From Dehalococcoidia bacterium (lineage in GTDB: Bacteria > Chloroflexota > Dehalococcoidia > Lucifugimonadales > UBA3495), in NCBI GenBank assembly GCA_965208015.1, contig OZ242309.1:800247-864246 (forward strand): a stretch of DNA of 64,000 nucleotides, read 5' to 3'. Below the pieces are notes generated by a model. It had not been told where the DNA came from, did no database searches, and saw nothing but the letters and a program-made list of their open reading frames with translations. This document shows positions 37,055-45,957 of this stretch, piece by piece. The stretch's first letter is position 1. Each line of letters begins with the position of its first letter. The translations under genes and the position numbers were made by a program.

Positions 37055-37975
37055 ATGGCTCGTTTCGACTACCTGGAGCCGCATTCCCTTGATGAGGCGC
37101 TCGGGATGCTGGAGGAACACGGTGACCGGGCCCGACTGGTAGCAGGGAGCACCGATTTTCTGGTCCGCTGGCGCACCGGGTTCTGGCGACCGGAGGCTGT
37201 GGTTTGCATGCAGCACGTCCCTGGGTTGGACGGCTTGAGTTTCAACGATGACGACGGCCTGTCCATCGGCGCGATGGTCACGGTCCAGGACATTGAGCAG
37301 AGCGAGGTGGTCCGGACTCGGTATCCGGCATTAGCCGCCGGCGCCACCGCCTTCGCCGGTGTGCAGGTGCGCAATCTTGCCACCGTCGTCGGAAACGTCT
37401 GCAACGCCTCGCCGGCCGGGGACACGCTGCCGGCGCTGCTGGCTTACGACGCCCAGTGCCGCATCGTGGGTTGCAGCGGTGAGCGCTGGTTGCCGTTGAC
37501 TGACGTTTTCGTGGGCCCCGGGCAAACCGCGCTGGCCGCGGGCGAGATCATGACGGAGATCCGTCTGCCCACTCCTCCGCTGAACTCCGGCGGCCTGTAC
37601 ATCAAGCACAGCCCGCGCGGCGCGATGGATATATCTGCCGTGGGAGCAGCCTCCGTGGTAAGCATCGGATCCGACGGTGCCTGCGCATCGGTACGCATCG
37701 CGCTGGGCGCGGTCGCGCCGACGCCCATGCGCGCCTTCGGAGCCGAGGGTCGCCTGGTAGGACAAACGCCAACCGACGCCAATATTGCCGAGTCGGCCCG
37801 GATTGCGGCCCAAGCCTGTAGTCCCATCGCTGACGTGCGCAGCGGCGCGGAGTATCGCCGGGAGATCGCCCAGGTGCTCACCGAGCGCACTTTGAGACAC
37901 GCCGCGCAAACCGCGGTCGGCGGCGTTGCCGATTACGATGATATCCGGCGTCTGGCCGTGCAAACCGCCTGGTAA
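37055..37975 (+). CDS. xanthine dehydrogenase-family FAD-binding (medium) subunit
   Basis: MARFDYLEPHSLDEAL, LVAGSTDF, NLATVVGNVCNASPAGD and a CO-dehydrogenase flavoprotein C-terminal region (SGAEYRREI). GGAGGG RBS. Confidence 0.85.
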   Translation: MARFDYLEPHSLDEALGMLEEHGDRARLVAGSTDFLVRWRTGFWRPEAVVCMQHVPGLDGLSFNDDDGLSIGAMVTVQDIEQSEVVRTRYPALAAGATAFAGVQVRNLATVVGNVCNASPAGDTLPALLAYDAQCRIVGCSGERWLPLTDVFVGPGQTALAAGEIMTEIRLPTPPLNSGGLYIKHSPRGAMDISAVGAASVVSIGSDGACASVRIALGAVAPTPMRAFGAEGRLVGQTPTDANIAESARIAAQACSPIADVRSGAEYRREIAQVLTERTLRHAAQTAVGGVADYDDIRRLAVQTAW

Positions 37976-37996
37976 CCGGCCCACGAGGTTGATGAG

Positions 37997-38473
37997 ATGA
38001 AACAGCCGCTCAATCTGAACGTCAACGGCGAAAACCGGCTGATGCTGGTGGAGCCGGACTATTCCCTGCTGGATTGCCTGCGCGACGACGCGCATTTGAC
38101 CGGAACCAAGAAGGGCTGCGATGAGGGAGACTGCGGGGCCTGCACCGTCCTCATGGACGGCAAGCCGGTGACTTCGTGCCTGGTCCTGGCCCACAGCGCC
38201 CACGCTTCCGCCATCACCACCATCGAGGGCCTGGCCAGAGTGGATGGTCTCAGCCCGGTGCAAAAAGCCTTCGTGGAGCACGGCGGCCTGCAGTGCGGGT
38301 TCTGCATCCCGGGGCTTATCATGTCGGCTACCGGGTTCCTTCAGGACAACCCGAACCCCACCGAGGAAGACGTCCGCTTCGCCATCGGCGGTAACCTGTG
38401 CCGGTGCACCGGCTACGCCCGCGTGGTAGAGGCGGTCATGGCCGCGGCTGAGGAAATGCGAACAACTAGCTAA
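37997..38473 (+). CDS. (2Fe-2S)-binding small subunit of molybdenum hydroxylase
   Basis: CDEGDCGACTV, QCGFCIPG and CRCTGY cluster ligands. Confidence 0.9.
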   Translation: MKQPLNLNVNGENRLMLVEPDYSLLDCLRDDAHLTGTKKGCDEGDCGACTVLMDGKPVTSCLVLAHSAHASAITTIEGLARVDGLSPVQKAFVEHGGLQCGFCIPGLIMSATGFLQDNPNPTEEDVRFAIGGNLCRCTGYARVVEAVMAAAEEMRTTS

Positions 38474-38492
38474 CCGTCCCGCTCCAGCAACG

Positions 38493-40790
38493 ATGGAGGC
38501 ACATGCAATGACAACGCAGTTCAAAGTCTTGGAGCGCAATCATCCTCGTGTCGATGCGTACGATAAGGTCACCGGGCGCGCCGCCTATGCGTCCGACGTA
38601 TACCTCCCCGGCATGCTGGCGTGCAAGTTGCTTCCCAGCACACGAAACCATGCCCGCATCGTCCGGCTGGACACCAGCAAGGCGGAAGCTCACCCGGGCG
38701 TGCGGTGCGTCATCACCGGAACCGATTTCCCGGATATCCGGTACGGGTCCGGCGCCCTGCGTGACCGGTACGTCATGCCGCGCGAAGTCGTAAATTTCGT
38801 CGGCGAACCCATAGCAGCGGTGGCTGCGGACGACGAAGCCACCGCCCAGGAAGCCGTCGAGCTCATCGAGGTTGAGTACGAGGACCTGCCGTCGGTGGTC
38901 AACCCGCTGTCCGCAATGGGTGCTGACGCTGCCACGGTTCACCCGGAGTTGGAGGAATACGAGGGTTACGGGTTCACCTTGGGGCACAACGTCAGCACGC
39001 TGCTGGACGCGGACCGGGGAGACGTCGAACAGGCTTTCCAGGACGCCGACGTCGTGGTGGAGGACGTGTACCGATCACAGGGCATCAACCAGGGTTTCCT
39101 AGAACCCATGGCGTGCGTGGCGGATGTGGAACCCAATGGCCGCCTGGTCGTTTACGCTTCTACTCAGGGTCCCTACCAGATCCGGGCCGCGCTGGCCGGC
39201 GCGCTCGAAATCCCGGTGTCGCGGATCCGCGTGGTTCCCATGGAACTCGGTGGCGGTTTTGGCGCCAAGTTGCGGCTGGCATTTGAGGCTTTCCCTGCCC
39301 TCCTGGCGATGAAAACCGGGCGACCCGTGAAGTTGGTGAACACCCGCGAGGAAGTGTTCACCATGAACGGCCCGCGCCTCCCCGTAACCAACTACATCCG
39401 ATCCGGGGTGATGCGCGACGGAACTATCATGGCCCGCGAAGCTTACACGATCTTCGACGTGGGAGCGTACCTGGGCGCCGGCCCCAACTCCGGCATCGGT
39501 CACGGCATCGGGGCCTACAACGTGCCCAACTTCCGGCTGCGCTCCTACGGCGTGTACACCAACAAGATCTACGTCGGCTCTTACCGGGCCTCCGGCGTCG
39601 CCGACATGACATTTGCCGTGGAGTCCCACATGGACCGCATCGCCCACGAAATTGGGATGGATCCATACGACCTGCGGGTGAAGAACGCCCTGCGCGAAGG
39701 CGATGTTTCCGTAAGCGGGGCCGTGGTGCCCACCAACGGGCTCATGGAAACCCTCGAGGCGATTAAGGAAAAGATAGGCTGGCCTCGGGATTTGGAGGAC
39801 GGACACGGAGTTGGCTTGGCGCTGTGCGAGTGGAGGAGCGGCAGCGGCCCGTCCACGGCGTCGATCAGTGTCAACGACGACGGGACGGTGAGCCTGCTGA
39901 CGGGTTCGGTTGACATCTCCGGCAGTGACACCTCCCTGGCCGCCATTGCCGCCGAGGCCCTGGGTATCCCCATGGACAAGGTGATTGTAGCCAAGCGCGA
40001 CACCGACCTGGCTCCATACACCGGGCAATCGGGCGGCAGCCGCATCGTGTACAGCCAGGGCACTGCGGTGCAGCGCGCGGCTGAGGACACGGTGCGAAAG
40101 CTCACGGCTCTCGCCGCGGAGCGGCTGGGTGTCCCGGAGGACGCGCTGGACTGCGAAGACGGTCGCGTCTACGTGATGGATAACGAGCCGCAGGGCCTGA
40201 CGTTCGCCCAATTGGCTGCCGCCAGCATCACCTCCCGCGGCGGCCCGATCATCGGAACTGCCGCCCTTTCCAGTATGCCTTACACGCCCGTGTTCGCTGC
40301 TCAGGCCGCCGAGGTCAAGGTCGATCGACAGACCGGCCAGGTCAAGTTGCTCCGTTATATCCAGGCCCAAGACGTTGGGACCGCCATCAACCCCATGGCC
40401 GTCGAGGGCCAGTTGGACGGCGGAGTGGTTCAGGGCATTGGACGGGCGCTGACCGAAGACCAGCAATTTGACCCGGAGACGGGCGCGGTTCGGAATCCAT
40501 CCTTCGCGTCCTACCTGATGCCGCTGGCCATCGACCTGCCGGAACTGGAGAACGTGCTGATCAACGTGCCGGCGCCGGATGGGCCTTTCGGCGCGCGCGC
40601 CGTGGCCGAGCCGCCCGGCTTCGGCCCGCCGGCCGCCATCGCCAACGCGGTGTACGACGCCGTTGGCGTTCGCGTCAAGGAGTTGCCCCTGTCAGGGGAG
40701 CGCGTGCTCGCCGCGTTGAACGGGCAGAACGCTGACATCGACTTCGACGTGGATGCTCTCCGTAGAGCGGAGGGTCTCGCCGCCGATTGA
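38493..40790 (+). CDS. xanthine dehydrogenase/aldehyde oxidase-family molybdopterin-binding large subunit
   Basis: MELGGGFGAKL, GSYRASG and the catalytic-Glu region AVAEPPGFGPPAAIANAV. The CODH form-I loop (VAYRCSFR) is absent. The start may instead be ATG 38508. Confidence 0.9.
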   Translation: MEAHAMTTQFKVLERNHPRVDAYDKVTGRAAYASDVYLPGMLACKLLPSTRNHARIVRLDTSKAEAHPGVRCVITGTDFPDIRYGSGALRDRYVMPREVVNFVGEPIAAVAADDEATAQEAVELIEVEYEDLPSVVNPLSAMGADAATVHPELEEYEGYGFTLGHNVSTLLDADRGDVEQAFQDADVVVEDVYRSQGINQGFLEPMACVADVEPNGRLVVYASTQGPYQIRAALAGALEIPVSRIRVVPMELGGGFGAKLRLAFEAFPALLAMKTGRPVKLVNTREEVFTMNGPRLPVTNYIRSGVMRDGTIMAREAYTIFDVGAYLGAGPNSGIGHGIGAYNVPNFRLRSYGVYTNKIYVGSYRASGVADMTFAVESHMDRIAHEIGMDPYDLRVKNALREGDVSVSGAVVPTNGLMETLEAIKEKIGWPRDLEDGHGVGLALCEWRSGSGPSTASISVNDDGTVSLLTGSVDISGSDTSLAAIAAEALGIPMDKVIVAKRDTDLAPYTGQSGGSRIVYSQGTAVQRAAEDTVRKLTALAAERLGVPEDALDCEDGRVYVMDNEPQGLTFAQLAAASITSRGGPIIGTAALSSMPYTPVFAAQAAEVKVDRQTGQVKLLRYIQAQDVGTAINPMAVEGQLDGGVVQGIGRALTEDQQFDPETGAVRNPSFASYLMPLAIDLPELENVLINVPAPDGPFGARAVAEPPGFGPPAAIANAVYDAVGVRVKELPLSGERVLAALNGQNADIDFDVDALRRAEGLAAD

Positions 40791-40811
40791 TCCACAACAG
40801 TACGACTTTCA

Positions 40812-40847
40812 ACGAGGGCGGGCGCCAGCTCGCCCTCGTTTTTTGTT
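40812..40847 (+). terminator. intrinsic terminator
   Basis: ACGAGGGCG / CGCCCTCGT stem followed by a TTTTTTGTT run, 22 nt after stop 40790. Confidence 0.7.
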
Positions 40848-40850
40848 GGG

Positions 40851-41270
40851 TCAGTCGGCCCGGCCGTAAACGTGTGACGGTGTCACGATCACCGCGTAGC
40901 GACGGTCGTCCAGCATGGCCTGGTCGTATTCCGGCCAGTTGGGATGCTCTTGACCGGCGGCGGTGCGGAATACTTCGCGCAGGGTTTCCCGATACTCGTC
41001 GGCCGATACTTCACTGGCTCCCACCAGCCGGGCCTCGCCTTCCAGAACGAGGAAATTTCGCCAGTCGCCGGTGCCCACCAGGATCGTGCAGCGCGGATCT
41101 CGCCGCAGGTTGCGGAGCTTGGCCCGATCTGCGGTGGTCGTAAAGGCCACCCCGTCCCCGTACAGCCCGCACGTGACGATACTCATCTGTCCAGCGCCGT
41201 TCCGTCGAAAGGTGGTCAAGGCGCCGTTATGGTTTGCCGACAAAAATTCGCGTTGAGCTTCGTTCAACAT
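40851..41270 (-). CDS. PPOX-class (pyridoxamine 5'-phosphate oxidase fold) probable F420-dependent enzyme
   Basis: FLSANHNGALTTFRRNGAGQMSIV..., RAKLRNLRRDPRCTILV and size typical of the family. Confidence 0.75.
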   Translation of the reverse strand: MLNEAQREFLSANHNGALTTFRRNGAGQMSIVTCGLYGDGVAFTTTADRAKLRNLRRDPRCTILVGTGDWRNFLVLEGEARLVGASEVSADEYRETLREVFRTAAGQEHPNWPEYDQAMLDDRRYAVIVTPSHVYGRAD

Positions 41271-41324
41271 GGGATGCTCCTTACTTGATTGGCAATCTGT
41301 CTCCAGCCAACTTCCGTGCGAGGA

Positions 41325-43892
41325 TCAACTCAGCCAGAATTGAGAACCCATCCCAGTTTTCAGCACCTCGATTCTGACCGGGAACAGGTCCTTGAGTTCA
41401 TCCAAGTGGGTGATTACGATGATCTTCTCGAAGTCTTCCTGAATGGACGCGATGGCATCCACGATGCGCTCGCGCCCGGCCGCGTCCTGGGTGCCGAAAC
41501 CCTCGTCGATGAACAGCGTGGGCAGGGGCAGTCCCATCCGCTGCGCCAGCACCTTGGACAAAGCGATGCGCAGGGCCAGGTTGATGCGAAACGCCTCACC
41601 GCCGCTGAACAGATCATAACTGCGCGATCCCAGTTCGTCGCTGACCAAAATATCCAGGGTTTCCGCAACGTTGCCCGATTGCCGGACCCGCTGCGTCTCC
41701 AGCTTGACCGCCAGCCTGCTGTCCGTCATCCGCCCCAGCAGCAGGTTGGCCTCGGCTTCAATCCGGGGTACGGCAGCGTCGATGAGCATGGCGGGGACGC
41801 CACTGCGTCCGAAAGCGTTGTAGAGGTCGGAATAAACGCCCTGCTCCGCGCTTGACGCCGTCCGGCGGTTCTCCAGGGCGTCAATCTCTTCCAGGTACGA
41901 AACTCGGCGCTCGGCGTCCCCGTGCAGCCGGCCTTGCCGGGCCAGCAGCGCGTCTCGTTGGGTGGAGAGACTTGCTACGGCTTCGTCAGCCTCCGTTGAT
42001 GCTCGTTCGATTTTAGGGAGATCTGCAACCGCCGACCGAGCTTCTTCCAAAGTTCCCTCGGCTTTCCGCAACTCTTCACAGAGCCGGGACAGATGGCTCC
42101 GGGTTTGTGTCAACGACGCCTTGTCCTCGGGCAAGCGAGAACGCGCGTCCTGCAGTCTCCGCAATTCGGAGTCCCAGTGTTGTAGCGAGCGGGCTCTCGT
42201 CGTGGCGTTTTCCAGGCTCTTTTCATCGTATCCCAGTTGAGCGACCGCTAAATCCACCTCGGCCAATGCAGCGCGCTCGACTTGGGCGAAATTGTTCTCC
42301 GACAACGCCGCCTGCAACTGCTCCAGGCGCGGAAGCGAATTTGCCAGCTGTTTCGCCGCCTCGTCGCACTGGCGCCGTTCCTGTTCCATACGACCGCGCT
42401 GTTGCTGGAGTCGCGGTTGGCGCTGGGAGATGGAAGAGTCGCGTTGCGCAATCCTGGCCTGCAGCTCCTCATGCCCGGCAGACAAGCTATTCAAAGATGT
42501 CTTGATCTCGTCGTGGTGCGCCAGTTTGGCCTGGATCTCGGCTTCGTACCACGCCGTGATGTCGCCGCAGGAGTCCTCGGTGAGCGGGGCCCGGCATAGA
42601 GGGCAAACGGCATCGGCGGATCGAATCTCACGTTGCTTTGCGCGCAGATCCTTGCCCTCAGCGATGCAACGATCTAGATCAGCCTTTGCCAGCGCGATGT
42701 CGCGCTGCAGGTCCGCGGATTCGGCGATCTCCGCTTCCAGGACGGAACGGTCCGCGGCGAGCGCCCTGTCTGCCTCTGTCAGCGCCTGGAGATCCCGGGC
42801 AAGGCTATCGGCGCGGGCGGCGGAAGGCCGCAGGGTGTCGTCCAGGTGACGCTTCAACTGGTTCGCTTCGGCGGTCGTTTCGGCCCAAATGCGCTCGATG
42901 GCAGCCTGCAATTCGCTGCGCCGATTCCGCAGCCGGTCGTACTCGGATCGCGAAGCTTGCAGGCGTTCCATATCGGTGCGCGCCGCTTCCAATTTCGAGG
43001 CTCCGGCGCAGATTTCGGCAGAGCGCTCCTCAAGTGCATGAGCATGCGCGATGCGTTGCGCGATGGCGGACGCAGCAGTTTCAGCATGATCGATTTCGGT
43101 GCGCAGACTGTCGATGCGATGACCTGTGGCAGCGGCCTCTGCCTGCGTCTGGCGCAACCCGGCGACGGCTTCCCGTAGCCGCTCAGCTCTGGCATTTGCA
43201 TCCTCGATCCGTTCGTCCAAACCTTGGAGTTTTAGCGCTATTTCGCTGAGTTCTCCGGCCGGGTCCGGTATGCCGTCCAGCAGATTGCGATTCTGCGCCA
43301 GCGCCCCCTCTGTGCGGACGACTTCCGACTGCCACTGGTCCCTATGGCCGGCAGCGGACGCCTGAAGGGTCTCATAGAGCCCAAGGTCGAGCACGGACGA
43401 CAAGACGGCTTTGCGTTCTGCGGGCGTCTTGCGCGTAAATTCGTCGGAGCGGCCTTGCAGGAGGAAAGCGGTATTCACGAAGGTCGTGTAGTCCATGCCG
43501 ACGAGGTTCTGGATTTTCCAGTTGGTCTCTCGAACCGAATTCCCGCTCATGGATCGAGGCTGCCCGGCATCGTCCAGAATGAACAGGTCCACCTCGGTGC
43601 GACCCTGACCGGTGCTGCGCCGACGGCGGATGGCGCGGTGTTCCTGCCCCCGGGCCAGAAAGTCCAACTCGACCCGGCACTCCGACTCCCCGTAGGCAAT
43701 CAGGTCGTTGTGGTTCTGGGTGCCGGTGCGCGCCTGCCCCCAGAGGCACCACGTCATGGCGTCCAGCAGGGCCGATTTGCCGTGGCCGTTGGCTCCGCAC
43801 AGGCATGCCACGTGAATGCCACGCAGATCCAAAGGCAGCACGTCGTCTCGGTAGCAAAGAAAGTTGCGGACCGAAAGCCTGAGCGGGATCAT
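41325..43892 (-). CDS. sbcC: SbcC/Rad50-like double-strand-break repair ATPase
   Basis: N-terminal Walker A GANGHGKSALLDAM, long coiled coil with CPLC zinc hook, and C-terminal LSGGEAFRINLALRIALS plus LFIDEGFGTQD. Confidence 0.85.
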   Translation of the reverse strand: MIPLRLSVRNFLCYRDDVLPLDLRGIHVACLCGANGHGKSALLDAMTWCLWGQARTGTQNHNDLIAYGESECRVELDFLARGQEHRAIRRRRSTGQGRTEVDLFILDDAGQPRSMSGNSVRETNWKIQNLVGMDYTTFVNTAFLLQGRSDEFTRKTPAERKAVLSSVLDLGLYETLQASAAGHRDQWQSEVVRTEGALAQNRNLLDGIPDPAGELSEIALKLQGLDERIEDANARAERLREAVAGLRQTQAEAAATGHRIDSLRTEIDHAETAASAIAQRIAHAHALEERSAEICAGASKLEAARTDMERLQASRSEYDRLRNRRSELQAAIERIWAETTAEANQLKRHLDDTLRPSAARADSLARDLQALTEADRALAADRSVLEAEIAESADLQRDIALAKADLDRCIAEGKDLRAKQREIRSADAVCPLCRAPLTEDSCGDITAWYEAEIQAKLAHHDEIKTSLNSLSAGHEELQARIAQRDSSISQRQPRLQQQRGRMEQERRQCDEAAKQLANSLPRLEQLQAALSENNFAQVERAALAEVDLAVAQLGYDEKSLENATTRARSLQHWDSELRRLQDARSRLPEDKASLTQTRSHLSRLCEELRKAEGTLEEARSAVADLPKIERASTEADEAVASLSTQRDALLARQGRLHGDAERRVSYLEEIDALENRRTASSAEQGVYSDLYNAFGRSGVPAMLIDAAVPRIEAEANLLLGRMTDSRLAVKLETQRVRQSGNVAETLDILVSDELGSRSYDLFSGGEAFRINLALRIALSKVLAQRMGLPLPTLFIDEGFGTQDAAGRERIVDAIASIQEDFEKIIVITHLDELKDLFPVRIEVLKTGMGSQFWLS

Positions 43893-44014
43893 GGTGCCCC
43901 GATTTTATCACCAGCCGGATGACGCCGACCGATGCCCCGCCATGGCATGGGCGATAGTCCGGAGAGTGCCAGCGCTCGGCGGTGTTACAATTTTGTCGAG
44001 GAAACGCACAGACG

Positions 44015-44806
44015 ATGTCACTCGCTGATACTAATTCCGCCAAGGGAACCGATCCCGTCATAGTTGTTGAGGATCTGCGCAAACGCTATGGAGATATCCA
44101 GGCGGTTGACGGGATTTCCTTCGAGGTGCGGCGCGGCGAGATGTTCGCCCTGCTGGGGCCGAACGGTTCCGGCAAGACCACCACCGTCGAGATTATCGAG
44201 GGGATGCGCACTTCGGACAGCGGACGCGCCACTGTCGCCGGCATCGACGTGAGCCGCAACCCCAAGGCGGTCAAGCAACTTATCGGCGTGCAGTTGCAGA
44301 GCAGCGCATTCTTCGAGCACCTTAAACTCGCCGAACTGCTCAAGATGCTGGGCAGCATTTACCAGGTAAAGGTCGACCCGGATCCCCTGCTCGAGGCGGT
44401 GGACTTGGGTGAGCGCAAGTCGGCATCCTTTCGCACGCTGTCGGGTGGGCAGAAACAGCGGTTCGCCATCGCGGCTTCGCTGGTGAACGACCCGGACGTC
44501 GTGTTCCTGGACGAGCCGACCACCGGGCTGGACCCCCAGGCCCGGCGCTTGATCTGGGATCTGGCGAAAACCTGGAAGCAGGAAGGCCGCACCGTGGTCC
44601 TGACCACCCACTACATGGAGGAAGCCGAGGAACTGTGCGACCGAGTGGCGGTGATGGACAGCGGCAAAATCATTGCCATGGCGTCGCCCTCTGAGCTGAT
44701 TGACCAGTTGATTTCCCGTGGTTTCCACCGGGAGCAGGAAGTGCGGTTGGCCACGCTTGAGGATGTGTTCCTCGACCTGACCGGCCGTTCGTTGCGGGAG
44801 TTCTAG
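44015..44806 (+). CDS. ABC-2-type exporter ATP-binding protein
   Basis: GPNGSGKTT, LSGGQKQR and VVFLDEPTTGLD. ATG 44015 is preferred over the GTG at 43982. Confidence 0.9.
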   Translation: MSLADTNSAKGTDPVIVVEDLRKRYGDIQAVDGISFEVRRGEMFALLGPNGSGKTTTVEIIEGMRTSDSGRATVAGIDVSRNPKAVKQLIGVQLQSSAFFEHLKLAELLKMLGSIYQVKVDPDPLLEAVDLGERKSASFRTLSGGQKQRFAIAASLVNDPDVVFLDEPTTGLDPQARRLIWDLAKTWKQEGRTVVLTTHYMEEAEELCDRVAVMDSGKIIAMASPSELIDQLISRGFHREQEVRLATLEDVFLDLTGRSLREF

Positions 44807-44807
44807 G

Positions 44808-45908
44808 ATGCCCGCCCGGCCGGCCGTTTATCTGACCTGGTGGTCCATCAAGATGTGGTCGCGGGACCGCGCGGCCATGTTCTGGACCTTCTTCCTGCCG
44901 TTGGTCATTATGGTTATCTTCGGCTTGCTGAACTTCGGTGAACTGGGGAAAGTAGATCTGGGGATAGTGGATGAAGCGCAGAACGAGGCGTCGCGGCGTT
45001 TCATAGCAGAGGCCGAATCCGCAGCTGCGCTGCGCGTGAATGCGGGCGCGGAAGAACACGAACGGGCAGCTCTGGCCGATGGGAAACGCGATCTTGTGAT
45101 TATTCTGCCGGCGAATTTCGGCCCCTCTTCCAACGAGCCGGGGGCCGTTTGGGAACCAACCACGGTTCAAGCCCTGTACCACGGCAGCCGTCCCGGCGAA
45201 TCCCAAGTCGGATTGAGCATATTGCAATCGGGCATCGACGATATGAACTTTGCCATCAGCGGCTCCGAGAGGGTGGTGACTCTGACCGAAGAAGCGGTGG
45301 AGGCGCGGGACCTGGGTTACATCGATTTCCTGATGCCCGGCGTCATCGGCATGGCGATCATGCAATTGGGATTGTTCAGCGTGGCATTCAGCTTCGTGAC
45401 GATGAAACGCGAGGGCGTGCTGCGTCGGCTCCTGGCAACCCCATTGGATCCGACGTCTCTGTTAATAGCCCAGGTGATCACCAGGCTGATCGTCGTGCTG
45501 ATCCAGACGGTGATCCTGGCCGCGGTCGCCGTCTTTCTGTTCGGTGCCGAGTTTGCTGGCAATTTCTTCGCGGTGATGCTGGCGGCGGCAATGGGCGGAG
45601 CGGTTTTCCTAGCGATGGGGTTCGCCGTGTCCGGCTGGGCGCGCACGGAGCAGCAGGCAGCGCCCTTGGCGAACATCGTATCGCTGCCCATGATGTTCCT
45701 GTCGGGTGTATTCTTCTCCCGGGACGTTCTCCCTTCTGTCCTGCAGCGGATCACGGATTTTTTGCCGCTGACCTATCTGGTCGAAGCCATACGGGGCATG
45801 ACTGTGGAAGGGGACACGGTTTTGATGCAGTGGCCGAATTTTCTGGGCTTGGCGGTGTGGCTTGTGGTAGCGTTTGTCATCGCCAACCGCACGTTCCGCT
45901 GGGAATGA
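44808..45908 (+). CDS. ABC-2-type transporter permease
   Basis: N-terminal TM segment, large extracytoplasmic loop, then a 5-TM ABC-2 membrane core. Starts 2 nt after the ATPase stop. Confidence 0.8.
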   Translation: MPARPAVYLTWWSIKMWSRDRAAMFWTFFLPLVIMVIFGLLNFGELGKVDLGIVDEAQNEASRRFIAEAESAAALRVNAGAEEHERAALADGKRDLVIILPANFGPSSNEPGAVWEPTTVQALYHGSRPGESQVGLSILQSGIDDMNFAISGSERVVTLTEEAVEARDLGYIDFLMPGVIGMAIMQLGLFSVAFSFVTMKREGVLRRLLATPLDPTSLLIAQVITRLIVVLIQTVILAAVAVFLFGAEFAGNFFAVMLAAAMGGAVFLAMGFAVSGWARTEQQAAPLANIVSLPMMFLSGVFFSRDVLPSVLQRITDFLPLTYLVEAIRGMTVEGDTVLMQWPNFLGLAVWLVVAFVIANRTFRWE

Positions 45909-45957
45909 CGCCGCCAACCTTACAATAGAAGCGCCGAGGCTACGGGAGTGTGCCGGG

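Noticed and set aside
43372-44082. ORF 43372..44082 as the missing sbcD
   Set aside because: It overlaps both the sbcC 5' end and the ABC ATPase gene, is Arg/Pro-rich and lacks the Mre11/SbcD phosphoesterase motifs (DxH, GDxxD, GNHD).
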